Of a stretch of DNA of 64,000 nucleotides, positions 12,468 through 22,249 are shown piece after piece. Source of the stretch: an uncultured bacterium (GTDB taxonomy: Bacteria > Desulfobacterota_D > UBA1144); NCBI GenBank assembly GCA_913050245.1, contig CAJWZJ010000006.1, positions 9,212 through 73,211 on the forward strand, in the 5' to 3' direction. A program made the position numbers and the translations under genes. Below the pieces are notes generated by a model that worked only from the letters and a program-made list of their open reading frames with translations, had not been told where the DNA came from and did not search any database. Numbering within the stretch: position 1 is the stretch's first letter; every line of letters begins with the position of its first letter.

Positions 12468-13055
12468 TTAAAATTTTTTAAATATAAGAGAAATCCAGGG
12501 CTTAGAGCTGAATTCCTTGATGAACAATAACTTTTTTTCTTTAGATAAACCTATATATCTTTCTTTTTTTTCAATATTAAAGCCTGATATGATCAGGTAA
12601 CCATTGGGCTTCAATATATCACATAAATTATTCATATTGTTTGGAATAAAATTTCCAGATATGTTGCAAACAACTAAATTATAATTATTTTTTAAATCAA
12701 ATGGATTATCTATAAATATGGGGGTTTTGTTGATAGAATTAGCATTAAAATTTAATTCTGATTCTTTTCTTGAATGAGGGTCATTTTCGGCTGCAAAAAT
12801 TTCTTTAAAACCAAGCTTATCCATAAATATTGACAATATGCCAGATCCTGAGCCAAGGTCTAAACATGGTGAAAAAAAACCAAACTTTTCATAAAGATAT
12901 TTAAGTGCATCAATAGCCAATATAGTTGTATCATGCTCAGATCCAAATGAAGTTCCCTTATTTAAAAAGATATTAATATTTTTCCCGTCATATAGATTTA
13001 TTGTATGAGTTTTGTTGAAGGGCCTATCTTCAATATAAATATCAAAATTTTTCAT
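12468..13055 (-). CDS. Class I SAM-dependent methyltransferase, short PrmA-like (ribosomal protein L11 methyltransferase family)
   Basis: 195 aa. GTSFGSEHDTT, LDLGSGSGILSIF and NLVVCNI align by eye with the PrmA catalytic domain. The N-terminal substrate-binding domain seems to be missing. Confidence 0.6.
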   Translation of the reverse strand: MKNFDIYIEDRPFNKTHTINLYDGKNINIFLNKGTSFGSEHDTTILAIDALKYLYEKFGFFSPCLDLGSGSGILSIFMDKLGFKEIFAAENDPHSRKESELNFNANSINKTPIFIDNPFDLKNNYNLVVCNISGNFIPNNMNNLCDILKPNGYLIISGFNIEKKERYIGLSKEKKLLFIKEFSSKPWISLIFKKF

Positions 13056-13083
13056 TAATATAATTTAATATATTATTAAAAAG

Positions 13084-13881
13084 ATGGGAAAGAAAGTAGC
13101 TCAAGTCCTTACAATAGCAGGGTCAGATTCCGGTGGGGGTGCTGGTATACAGGCTGATATAAAAACTTTAAATTCTATTTCAGTATATGGATCAAGCGTT
13201 ATCACCTGCGTGACAGCTCAAAATACAAAAGTTGTTAATGAAATATACAGAATTCCTGATAAAACTATAAGAAACCAGATTGATACTGTAATGTATGATC
13301 TCAAAATAAGAAATATTAAATTTGGAATGCTTTATGATTCAAGAATAATGAAAACCGTAATAGATACGCTTAAAAAATATAATAATTTAAGAATAGTCTC
13401 AGATCCTGTAATGATATCAAAATCTGGTGATTTTCTTCTAAAAGAATCTTCAATAGATTATTACAAAAAATATGTAATGCCACATTGCTTCCTTATTACC
13501 CCAAACGTTCATGAGGCTAACAAGCTGTTTAATTTTGATATTTCAAAAGAAAAAGATATTTATAATTCAATTTCAAAAATTCGTACAATATTCAATGGAA
13601 ATATATTAATTAAGGGTGGACATCTCTCAAAAGATAGATTTTCTAATGATTATTTGTTATGTGGTAATAAAATTTATAAGTATAGCTCTAAAAGGTATAA
13701 TACTAACAATACGCATGGAACAGGGTGCACGCTTTCTGCAGCGATAACTGGATTTTTAGCAAAAGATTATTCTTTGCCAAATTCAGTAAAGAAAGCAAAA
13801 GAATTTGTATCGTATGGTATAAGGAAATCTTTTAATTTAGGCAAAGGTTGTGGGCCTTTAAATCATTTTCCGAGGAGTTAA
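13084..13881 (+). CDS. thiD: Hydroxymethylpyrimidine/phosphomethylpyrimidine kinase
   Basis: 265 aa. [22 protein letters not shown]-terminus and [11 protein letters not shown] near the C-terminus. Confidence 0.9.
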   Translation: MGKKVAQVLTIAGSDSGGGAGIQADIKTLNSISVYGSSVITCVTAQNTKVVNEIYRIPDKTIRNQIDTVMYDLKIRNIKFGMLYDSRIMKTVIDTLKKYNNLRIVSDPVMISKSGDFLLKESSIDYYKKYVMPHCFLITPNVHEANKLFNFDISKEKDIYNSISKIRTIFNGNILIKGGHLSKDRFSNDYLLCGNKIYKYSSKRYNTNNTHGTGCTLSAAITGFLAKDYSLPNSVKKAKEFVSYGIRKSFNLGKGCGPLNHFPRS

Positions 13882-13883
13882 AA

Positions 13884-14738
13884 ATGGATGATAAAATAAT
13901 TGATGGGAAATTAGTTTCCGAGAAAATTCGAGGAGAAATAAAAATTCGAGTTGATGAGCTAAAAAATAACTCTTCATCTGTTCCTGGTCTAGCTGCTGTT
14001 TTAGTTGGTGATGATGGGCCATCCCAAATATATGTTAGAAACAAAAGAAAAGCATGTGAGAATGTCGGAATTTATTCTGAGGAGCATAAACTTCCAGAAG
14101 ATACCTCAGAAGATGATCTTTTAAATTTAATAAATAAATTAAATAATCAAAAAAATATTAATGGAATTCTAATTCAGCTTCCTTTACCAAAACATATTAA
14201 TGAAACTAAAGTTTTGAATTCTGTAAATCCTGATAAAGATGTTGATGGTTTTCATCCTGTAAATGCAGGCAATCTTTTTGAGGGAAAACCATCTTTTATT
14301 GCCTGTACTCCTCATGGTATTGTAAAAATGCTAGAGCACTACAAAATTGAAATTGAAGGTAAGAATGCTGTAGTGCTTGGAAGAAGTAATATTGTAGGAA
14401 AACCTGCTGCTATCTTACTGTTGCAAAAAAACGCAACCGTCACAATTTGCCATTCTAGAACTAAGAATCTAGAAAAAGTACTAAGTGAAGCAGATATTAT
14501 TGTTGCAGCCATCGGAAGGGCAAACTTTGTAAAAGATTCTATGGTAAAAGAAGGAGCTGTAATAATTGATGTTGGAATCAATAGATTAGATACTGGCAAA
14601 TTAGCTGGCGATGTTGATTTTCAAAATGTAATTTCCAAAAGTTCAATGATTACACCTGTACCAGGTGGGGTTGGTCCAATGACAATTACCATGCTTCTAT
14701 GGAACACATTGCAGTCATTTGAAAAATCAATTAGTTGA
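13884..14738 (+). CDS. folD: Bifunctional methylenetetrahydrofolate dehydrogenase/cyclohydrolase
   Basis: The track ORF starts at 13848 inside thiD. I prefer ATG 13884, preceded by GAGGAG at 13872..13877. The product starts MDDKIIDGK and carries QLPLP, DVDGFHP and PVPGGVGPMT motifs. Confidence 0.93.
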   Translation: MDDKIIDGKLVSEKIRGEIKIRVDELKNNSSSVPGLAAVLVGDDGPSQIYVRNKRKACENVGIYSEEHKLPEDTSEDDLLNLINKLNNQKNINGILIQLPLPKHINETKVLNSVNPDKDVDGFHPVNAGNLFEGKPSFIACTPHGIVKMLEHYKIEIEGKNAVVLGRSNIVGKPAAILLLQKNATVTICHSRTKNLEKVLSEADIIVAAIGRANFVKDSMVKEGAVIIDVGINRLDTGKLAGDVDFQNVISKSSMITPVPGGVGPMTITMLLWNTLQSFEKSIS

Positions 14739-15056
14739 TTGTTTTACTATATAGTTGCCATCGCTATCATTACCATCAAAAAGAAGCTTAACGGACGGAT
14801 GATCAAAAGGAAGCTTGGATTCATCTTTCTCAAGATTTTGCTGAGAAACATAAGCTATATATGTAGTTTTGTCTTCATTCTCAGCAAGCAAATGGTAAAA
14901 AGGCTGATCTTTTCTTGGCCTTCTGTCCTCTGGAATTCTCTCATACCATTCGTCTGTGTTATTAAATTCTGGATCAACATCAAATATAATCCCTCTAAAG
15001 TCAAAGAGCCTATGTTTAACTACTTGTCCTAACTTAAATTTTGCTTCATCACTCAT
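14727..15056 (-). CDS. hspQ: HspQ/YccV-like hemimethylated-DNA-binding domain protein
   Basis: 109 aa. FKLGQVVKHRLFDFRGIIFDVDPEF and PFYHLL resemble E. coli HspQ by eye. Confidence 0.75.
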   Translation of the reverse strand: MSDEAKFKLGQVVKHRLFDFRGIIFDVDPEFNNTDEWYERIPEDRRPRKDQPFYHLLAENEDKTTYIAYVSQQNLEKDESKLPFDHPSVKLLFDGNDSDGNYIVKQSTN

Positions 15057-15076
15057 ATTTCTAATATAAACACTGA

Positions 15077-15574
15077 TTAACTATTTTCAACGTAAAAAGA
15101 TTTAATCTGTGATAATTTCTGGGTTTTTACCTTTTTTAACAAATCAATTATAGTCTCTTTCGTATCAGGGAAAATAATGTTTTTGTTTATATCGTACAAT
15201 GGCTGTAAAACAAATCTCCTGGTTCGCGCACGAGGATGTGGAATTGTTAAATTTACTGAATTAATTACCTCATCTTCATAAAATATTATATCAATATCAA
15301 TTATCCTATCTGTAACATAATTCGTACTCTTTCTACCAAGTTTCAATTCAGTTTCTTTTAAATATTCTAATAATTTATATGGTTTTAAATCCGTTTTTCC
15401 TTTTAAAACCAAATTAATAAAAATACTTGATGATTCAAATCCAACAGGATCAGACATGTAAGGTGGAGATAAATCTATAATCGAAATCTTTTCTTTGATT
15501 TGATTCAAAGCATTTAATATATTTAACTTTTTTGGTTCAATATTTGTTCCTATTGATAAATATATATAAGCCAC
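15077..15574 (-). CDS. folK: 2-amino-4-hydroxy-6-hydroxymethyldihydropteridine pyrophosphokinase
   Basis: 165 aa. YLSIGTN, IIDIDIIFY and IPHPRARTRRFVLQPL motifs. Confidence 0.9.
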   Translation of the reverse strand: MAYIYLSIGTNIEPKKLNILNALNQIKEKISIIDLSPPYMSDPVGFESSSIFINLVLKGKTDLKPYKLLEYLKETELKLGRKSTNYVTDRIIDIDIIFYEDEVINSVNLTIPHPRARTRRFVLQPLYDINKNIIFPDTKETIIDLLKKVKTQKLSQIKSFYVENS

Positions 15575-15630
15575 ATAAATATATTAGATTATTTTTGACT
15601 TATAATACAAATTTGATTACTTTCTATTAT

Positions 15631-15909
15631 ATGTCTGCAAAAATAAATAAAATTTCTAACATACAAGCAAAAAAATTAGCTCCAACTTGGTCAATTAAAA
15701 AAAATAAATTATATAAAAAATTTATTTTTCTGAATTTTTCTGATGCACTATCCTTTATAGTACAAGTTGGGATAGAATCTGAAAAAATTAATCATCATCC
15801 TACAATAAGTAATACCTATAATAAGGTTGAAATATGGCTAGATACTCATTCCGTTAACGGGTTAACACGACTAGATATTAAACTTGCGGAGAGAATTGAC
15901 AACCTTTAA
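15631..15909 (+). CDS. Pterin-4-alpha-carbinolamine dehydratase family protein
   Basis: Start moved to ATG 15631, because the track ORF start at 15532 overlaps folK. The E-x3-HHP-x5-Y-x9-H pattern (EKINHHPTISNTYNKVEIWLDTH) is diagnostic of PCD/DCoH. Confidence 0.8.
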   Translation: MSAKINKISNIQAKKLAPTWSIKKNKLYKKFIFLNFSDALSFIVQVGIESEKINHHPTISNTYNKVEIWLDTHSVNGLTRLDIKLAERIDNL

Positions 15910-16145
15910 TCAATTTTATATTCATCACTATCAACATCTACCACTTTATCTTTACTTGTATTGGTTTTAGAGGAAGTTGTAAATTCATCATTTTTAGATG
16001 ATTTCGGTTTAAATTTTTTATAAAGTCTTGTTAGAAAAAAAATTCCTAAGATTGCAACAAATCCGGTCATGAAAACAAAAGCTAACGCCAACAGGATAAT
16101 AATGCTTACAATCGAGGTTAATGTGAATTTAAAATTCTTAATCAT
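15906..16145 (-). CDS. Small membrane protein (79 aa), hypothetical
   Basis: Its ATG overlaps the secA TGA stop (ATGA at 16145..16142). It has a hydrophobic stretch of about 30 aa (LTSIVSIIILLALAFVFMTGFVAILGIFFLT) and then a charged tail. It exactly fills the gap between secA and the convergent PCD gene. Confidence 0.45.
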   Translation of the reverse strand: MIKNFKFTLTSIVSIIILLALAFVFMTGFVAILGIFFLTRLYKKFKPKSSKNDEFTTSSKTNTSKDKVVDVDSDEYKID

Positions 16146-18703
16146 TTTCTTTGCTTCTTTCTTTGTTTTCTTTTCTTTTTCTCTAACTCACGCCTTCTTT
16201 CTTTTGCTTTTATACCAGTAGCTCTGGAATTATTAGTTTTTTTAGACTCATTACTTTCACTTTCCTCTTGCTTATCATTATCATTGTACGAAAGATTTTC
16301 ATCAATGTCTTTAGATTTTTCAATTTCTTTTAAATCATCGTTTTCTATAGGTACTACCTCTAAAAAGCTTACCAGTGCATCATAATTACAATTTTCTACC
16401 ATTTCATCAAACATCTGGAATCCCTCTTTCTTATATTCATTTAATGGATTTTGTTGTCCGTAACCTCTTAAGCTGACGCTATCCCTTAGATAGTCCATTG
16501 ATAGCAAATGGTCTTTCCATTTCATGTCTATTGAAGAAAGTAGAACAAATTTACCTATTGGTTCAAACATATCTCCCAATAATTCTTTTTTGTCCTCTAT
16601 TTTATTGGATATTAATAAATCGATATCATTTATATTATTAATTTTATTGATCTCATCATCATCCAAAAACTTTAATAGATTTTTAATCTCATCTTGTGAA
16701 TTCTCTTCACTTAATAGGGATTCAAAAATATATAAAGATTCATCCTTAAGTTCATATAAGACTTTTTCTATCTCACTGTCTCTCAAAAGTCTGTTTCTTA
16801 ATTTATAAACAACTTCTCTTTGCTTATTTTGTACATCATCATATTCTAGTAAATGTTTTCTTATTTCAAAGTTTCTTGATTCAACTTTTTTCTGTGCATT
16901 TTCTAATGAGCTAGTAATCATTTTATGTTCAATTGGTTCACCTTCATTCCATCCAAGTTTTGACATCATATTCGATATTCTTTCTGATCCAAAAAGTCTC
17001 ATTAACTCGTCTTCCATTGAAACAAAAAATTGTGTTAATCCTGGGTCTCCTTGCCTACCAGACCTACCTCGTAACTGGTTATCTATTCGTCTAGATTCAT
17101 GTCGCTCGCTACCTAAAACAACAAGGCCTTCTATATTAAGGATTTCGTTTCTTTCATTGTCTGTAGACTCTAAACCTCCTAACTTAATGTCAGTACCTCT
17201 ACCTGCCATATTTGTAGCGATAGTTACGGCACCTTTTTTACCAGCCTTAGAAATAATTTCGGCTTCTTTCTCATGATTTTTAGCATTAAGAACGTTATGA
17301 CTTATACCCAAAGATGATAAAAATTTGCTCAATTCTTCGGATTTTTCTACTGAAATTGTTCCTATTAGAATTGGATTTCCAATTTTATTGTATTTTCTTA
17401 CATAGTCGACAATTGCATTGATTTTTTCTTTTTCAGTTTTATAGATTAAATCATTAAGATCTTTTCTGATCATTGGAACATTGGTAGGTATGACAACAAC
17501 TTTTAATTTATAAATATTTTGAAATTCTAAAGATTCGGTATCTGCTGTTCCTGTCATACCAGAGAGTTTCTTGTACATTCTAAAATAATTTTGAATTGTT
17601 ATAGATGCAAAAGTCTGATTTTCTTCCTCAATTTTTACATTTTCCTTTGCCTCAACAGCTTGATGGAGGCCATCACTCCATCTTCTAGAAGGCATTAATC
17701 TCCCAGTAAATTCATCTACGATTATGACTTTATCTTCTTGAACAACATAATCTTTGTCTCTTGTATATATATTAATTGCTCTCAGTGATTGATTAATTGA
17801 ATGAAGTAAGGATATATTTTTAGGTTCATACAGGTTTTTTATATTAAATAATTTTTGAATTTTTTCGGTTCCTTTATCATTTATAAATACTTGTTTTGAT
17901 TTTTCCTCTATAGTGATTTCGTCCTCTTTAACCTGTCTACAGAGATTATTTATTCCTCTATAATCTACTAATGAACTATCTGTGGGTCCAGAAATAATTA
18001 GAGGTGTACGAGCCTCATCTATAAGTATGCTATCTACTTCGTCAACAATTGCGAAAGAATGGCTCCTTTGACATATTTCATCATTAGAATATTTCATATT
18101 ATCTCTAAGATAATCAAATCCAAATTCACTATTTGTACCGTAAATAACATCAGACTCATAAACCTTATATCTCTCAGCTTCTTCAAGCTCATAATTACCT
18201 GAGTCTGATTTAACTAAGTATGATATTCCACTATTTAGGATGCCGACTTTGAGGCCAAGAGAAATATAAATTGGCGCCATCCATAAAGCATCCCTTTTTG
18301 CCAAATAGTCATTGACTGTAATAACATGTACTGGGTCTGGATAAATTGAATTTAAGACAACTGGCAGCGTTGCGACAAGGGTTTTTCCTTCCCCTGTTTT
18401 CATTTCCGCAATTTTACCTTCATGAAGTACTATTCCACCAATAAGTTGGACATCAAACGGTCTAAGTTTAATTGTTTTCTTTGAAACTTCTCTGGTAATA
18501 GCAAAAACTTCAATAATATAATCATCAACATTTGAAGATGAATCATGCGTTTCTTTCAATAAAGAATACTTTTGATTTAATTCTTCGATCGACAGTGAGG
18601 TTATCTCATTCTCTAAAGCATTAATTTGATCAACTATTTTTCTGATTCTAGATATCTCTCTTTCATTTCCAGAACCAAAAATCTTTTTTATAACATTAAA
18701 CAT
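16142..18703 (-). CDS. secA: Preprotein translocase ATPase SecA
   Basis: 853 aa. MKTGEGKT Walker A, DEVDSILIDEARTPLIISG, TNMAGRGTDIKLGG. The C-terminus is a Lys/Arg-rich tail with no Cys zinc-finger. Confidence 0.97.
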   Translation of the reverse strand: MFNVIKKIFGSGNEREISRIRKIVDQINALENEITSLSIEELNQKYSLLKETHDSSSNVDDYIIEVFAITREVSKKTIKLRPFDVQLIGGIVLHEGKIAEMKTGEGKTLVATLPVVLNSIYPDPVHVITVNDYLAKRDALWMAPIYISLGLKVGILNSGISYLVKSDSGNYELEEAERYKVYESDVIYGTNSEFGFDYLRDNMKYSNDEICQRSHSFAIVDEVDSILIDEARTPLIISGPTDSSLVDYRGINNLCRQVKEDEITIEEKSKQVFINDKGTEKIQKLFNIKNLYEPKNISLLHSINQSLRAINIYTRDKDYVVQEDKVIIVDEFTGRLMPSRRWSDGLHQAVEAKENVKIEEENQTFASITIQNYFRMYKKLSGMTGTADTESLEFQNIYKLKVVVIPTNVPMIRKDLNDLIYKTEKEKINAIVDYVRKYNKIGNPILIGTISVEKSEELSKFLSSLGISHNVLNAKNHEKEAEIISKAGKKGAVTIATNMAGRGTDIKLGGLESTDNERNEILNIEGLVVLGSERHESRRIDNQLRGRSGRQGDPGLTQFFVSMEDELMRLFGSERISNMMSKLGWNEGEPIEHKMITSSLENAQKKVESRNFEIRKHLLEYDDVQNKQREVVYKLRNRLLRDSEIEKVLYELKDESLYIFESLLSEENSQDEIKNLLKFLDDDEINKINNINDIDLLISNKIEDKKELLGDMFEPIGKFVLLSSIDMKWKDHLLSMDYLRDSVSLRGYGQQNPLNEYKKEGFQMFDEMVENCNYDALVSFLEVVPIENDDLKEIEKSKDIDENLSYNDNDKQEESESNESKKTNNSRATGIKAKERRRELEKKKRKQRKKQRK

Positions 18704-18728
18704 TTATATATGCTTACAATGGATAGAA

Positions 18729-21700
18729 TTATTTTGGCAAATCAATCGGAACAACTTCACTTATACCTTCCAACCTCGATGTAACTCCTATTAATTGTTT
18801 AGCAAATTTCATAGTGGCTTTGTTGTGCGTTATTATTGCGACTTGAGATAACTCTGAAATTTCCTCTAGCATTGCACCAAACTTAATTATGTTCTTATCG
18901 TCCAATGGCGCGTCAACTTCATCAAGTAATAAAAATGGAGCGGGCTTAACAAAATAAGCAGATAATAACAAAGCTATTCCTGCCAATGCTCTTTCACCAC
19001 CTGAATAAGATTTTAAATTTCTATATTTTTTTAAGCCTATTTTCAACATAACCTCGATACCAGAATCTTTTAGCGAATCGGGATTTGTTAAAACTAACTT
19101 TCCCTCACCCCCACCAAATAATCTTTTTACATACTCATCATATTTTGCACTTATTAAATTAAAAGTATCTGAAAATGCTGTCTGTGATTCGGAATCAATT
19201 TTGCTTATTGTTTTGTTTAGATTCTCAAGCGAATTCTCTAAGTCAATTATCTGAGATTCTAAAAATTCAAACCTTTCATTTAGTTTTATATACTCTTGTG
19301 GTGCGAGTAGGTTTACAGGTCCAAAATTATCAATATTTTTTTGAAGTTTATAAAATTTTGATTTTGTAAGTTCATTTTCACCTATTATCTTTATTTCTTC
19401 CATTTCCTGGTCTGTAATTTGCTTTACATCATCAACATAATCTACATCCTCGAGTTGCTCTAAAAGTTGATCAATTTCTATTTGAGATTTATGCAAATTC
19501 GAATCATATTGTTCACCAGAAACTTTTTTTTCATTGATGTCTTTATTTAAAGTTTTAATCTCATCTTTTATTTTGTAAACAGACTCTTCATCAGATAAAA
19601 TCAACTTCTTTATATTACTTAGTTTAGAATTAAACTGTTCTAAATTTTCTTCCAAGACTTCTTTATCTTTTTGTTTAAGATGATAATCCTCATTATTTTT
19701 TTCAAATTTTTCTTCATTTAAAATAATTTTTTTAGATATTTCTAAAATTTTATTATTCAATTTATTTTTCTTAAGCTTTATTGTCTCAATATCCGCAGTC
19801 AAAGAATTCCTCTGATCCACCAATCTCTCTCTATCCTCTTTGTTTTTAGCTATTATCATATTTTTAATATTTTCATTTTCATCCATTCCCAATCTGTTAA
19901 ATTTTTCTTCATAAGACTTCTTTTCTAAAACTATTTGATCTATCTCCATCTTTATTTGATTTATTTTTGATGTTTTGGCATTTACTTCAGATTCTAAATC
20001 AAGTACAAGATTTTCAATATTTAATTTAGAATTAATTTCAGAATTCATATTAGATTTTAAATTATTCATATCTAAAGATAATTTAGAATATTTTTCATTT
20101 TGTTTTTCTATGTCTAAATCAAAAGAACTTATTCTGCTATTGGCATCAAATATTTCTTCCTCAATTTGTTTTTTTGTGAAAACTAAATCATCAATTTGGT
20201 TATTATATTTATCTTTTTCTATATTTAACTTTTTAATCTCTTCTTTAATCTGAATAATATTATCAGGGGCTGAGCCTACAGTGACGGAACCATTCATATC
20301 AAAGAATTCACCATCTATTGTTACAAAGTTTGAACCAGGACTATCTTGTTTAGCTTTCATAGCTTCTGATATATTATCAACAACATATGTTTCACCAAAA
20401 ATACTTGCAAGAAATGGTCTATTCTCTAAATCGCACTCAAGACAATCTATTATATTCTTATAACCAGATGATGCACTTCCTCCGCTGTGGATTCTCATAT
20501 CCAGAGGAATAAAAGTTCCTCGACCATTTGAATTCTGTTTAAATTTTTCAATCGCTGAAATTGTATTCTCACTATTATCAATTAAAATCCATTTTAATTT
20601 TTCTCCTAGTGCTGATTCAACCGCCTTTTCATAACCATTTATAGGTTTTATATAATCCGACAGTATTCCTTCAATATTGGAACCTTTTAGTTTATTTACA
20701 AATTCTCTTATTCCTTCGGGCAACCATCCATAGTTAAGTTCAATGTTTTCCAACATTTTTACTCTTGATTTGGTTGCCTCAATTTGTGAATTTATTTCAA
20801 GGTGCTTTAAATTTATTTGCTCAAGATTTTTTTGAACATTTTTAAGATTATCAACCTCATTACTTTTACTGTTCTTACACTTTTCTCTTATTTTTTCTAA
20901 ATTCAAAATATCATCTTGAACTTTATTCATTTGTATCTTTAATTCTGATATTTGATTTTCAGATCTTTTAGATAAATCAGAATATTCAGTTTTTTTAATT
21001 TTTGATTGTTTAAGCTCTTTCTCTAGTAAGTTGATACTAGTTTTTTGGGATGAATATCTTTCGACTGCATCAAAAAGTCTTTTTCTAATATCTATTTCGC
21101 TATCATCTTCATTAACATCATTAGTCTTTGTTGATGATAATAAATTATATTCTTTATTAATTTTTATCAGTAATTCATTATTTTTTTCTAAGGTATTTTC
21201 ACTATCTTCCAATTCAAAAATAGATTCTTTTTTAAAAGTCTTTAATCTTTCTAATTCCTGACTTATAAGCTCATTTTCTGATACAGAGGTCTTAATATCT
21301 GATTCAATTCCAATTATGCTTCCTTTTATTTCAAGTATTTTATTATTAAAAGTTTCTATTTCAACATTCTTTCTTTTAATTTCTTTATCATATACCTCTA
21401 AATCTTTTTCTTTTGAATTGACTGACTCCTGAATTTTATTAATATCATCTGTAAAATCATTTTTTAATTTTTTGGCATCCTCAAGCCTGATATTTAATTC
21501 TTTGTATCTTTTTTTATAAAAAAGTTTTTCAAGCCTTTTATACTTTTCAACTAATTCAGTATATTCATTAGATTTATTGGCTTGCTCTTTAAGGCTTGCT
21601 CTTTGTGAGTTCACTTCCTCTTTAATATCATTTATTCTCTCTAAATTATCTTTAGTTAAAATTATTTTTCTTTCTGTCTCATGCCTTCTAAGTTTATACC

Positions 21701-22208
21701 TACCCAGCCCTGCAGCTTCGTCAATTAGCTGTCTCTTATCCTCTGCTTTTGCGGTAATGTAAGTTTCAATCTGGCCTTGCGGTATAACTGTAAAAGTTCT
21801 TGAACCAGCTCCAATAGTCATTACAACATCTGTTATATCTTTTAACCGACATGAGTTTCCATTTAAAAAATATAAACTTTCACCATTTCTGGTTAGTTTT
21901 CTTTTAATCTCAATTTCCTCAGGTAAATCCTTGTGTCCTTCTGAATCAACAATCATTGATACTTCAGCAAATCCTTGTTTGGGTAATTTATCGTTTCCAT
22001 CTGAGATTAATTGAGACATGGAGTCAGTTCTTAGAAGCCTTGGGTTTTGTTCCCCCAGGACCCATCTAAGGCCATCTAAGAGGTTAGTTTTACCACAACC
22101 ATTGGGGCCGACTACGGCTGATATTGCAGGATCAAAATTGATTTGAGATTTTTCATAAAATGTTTTGAAACCTTTTAATGATAGGGACTTTATTCTCATT
22201 TTAGGCAA
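18729..22208 (-). CDS. smc: Chromosome partition protein Smc
   Basis: 1159 aa. N-terminal GPNGCGKTN Walker A, long coiled coils, a central hinge, and C-terminal LSGGERALAGIALLLS with LLLDEVDAPLD. Confidence 0.93.
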   Translation of the reverse strand: MPKMRIKSLSLKGFKTFYEKSQINFDPAISAVVGPNGCGKTNLLDGLRWVLGEQNPRLLRTDSMSQLISDGNDKLPKQGFAEVSMIVDSEGHKDLPEEIEIKRKLTRNGESLYFLNGNSCRLKDITDVVMTIGAGSRTFTVIPQGQIETYITAKAEDKRQLIDEAAGLGRYKLRRHETERKIILTKDNLERINDIKEEVNSQRASLKEQANKSNEYTELVEKYKRLEKLFYKKRYKELNIRLEDAKKLKNDFTDDINKIQESVNSKEKDLEVYDKEIKRKNVEIETFNNKILEIKGSIIGIESDIKTSVSENELISQELERLKTFKKESIFELEDSENTLEKNNELLIKINKEYNLLSSTKTNDVNEDDSEIDIRKRLFDAVERYSSQKTSINLLEKELKQSKIKKTEYSDLSKRSENQISELKIQMNKVQDDILNLEKIREKCKNSKSNEVDNLKNVQKNLEQINLKHLEINSQIEATKSRVKMLENIELNYGWLPEGIREFVNKLKGSNIEGILSDYIKPINGYEKAVESALGEKLKWILIDNSENTISAIEKFKQNSNGRGTFIPLDMRIHSGGSASSGYKNIIDCLECDLENRPFLASIFGETYVVDNISEAMKAKQDSPGSNFVTIDGEFFDMNGSVTVGSAPDNIIQIKEEIKKLNIEKDKYNNQIDDLVFTKKQIEEEIFDANSRISSFDLDIEKQNEKYSKLSLDMNNLKSNMNSEINSKLNIENLVLDLESEVNAKTSKINQIKMEIDQIVLEKKSYEEKFNRLGMDENENIKNMIIAKNKEDRERLVDQRNSLTADIETIKLKKNKLNNKILEISKKIILNEEKFEKNNEDYHLKQKDKEVLEENLEQFNSKLSNIKKLILSDEESVYKIKDEIKTLNKDINEKKVSGEQYDSNLHKSQIEIDQLLEQLEDVDYVDDVKQITDQEMEEIKIIGENELTKSKFYKLQKNIDNFGPVNLLAPQEYIKLNERFEFLESQIIDLENSLENLNKTISKIDSESQTAFSDTFNLISAKYDEYVKRLFGGGEGKLVLTNPDSLKDSGIEVMLKIGLKKYRNLKSYSGGERALAGIALLLSAYFVKPAPFLLLDEVDAPLDDKNIIKFGAMLEEISELSQVAIITHNKATMKFAKQLIGVTSRLEGISEVVPIDLPK

Positions 22209-22249
22209 TAATAAAACAATATATTCGCTTAGTAAAGACTGTAATTGTA

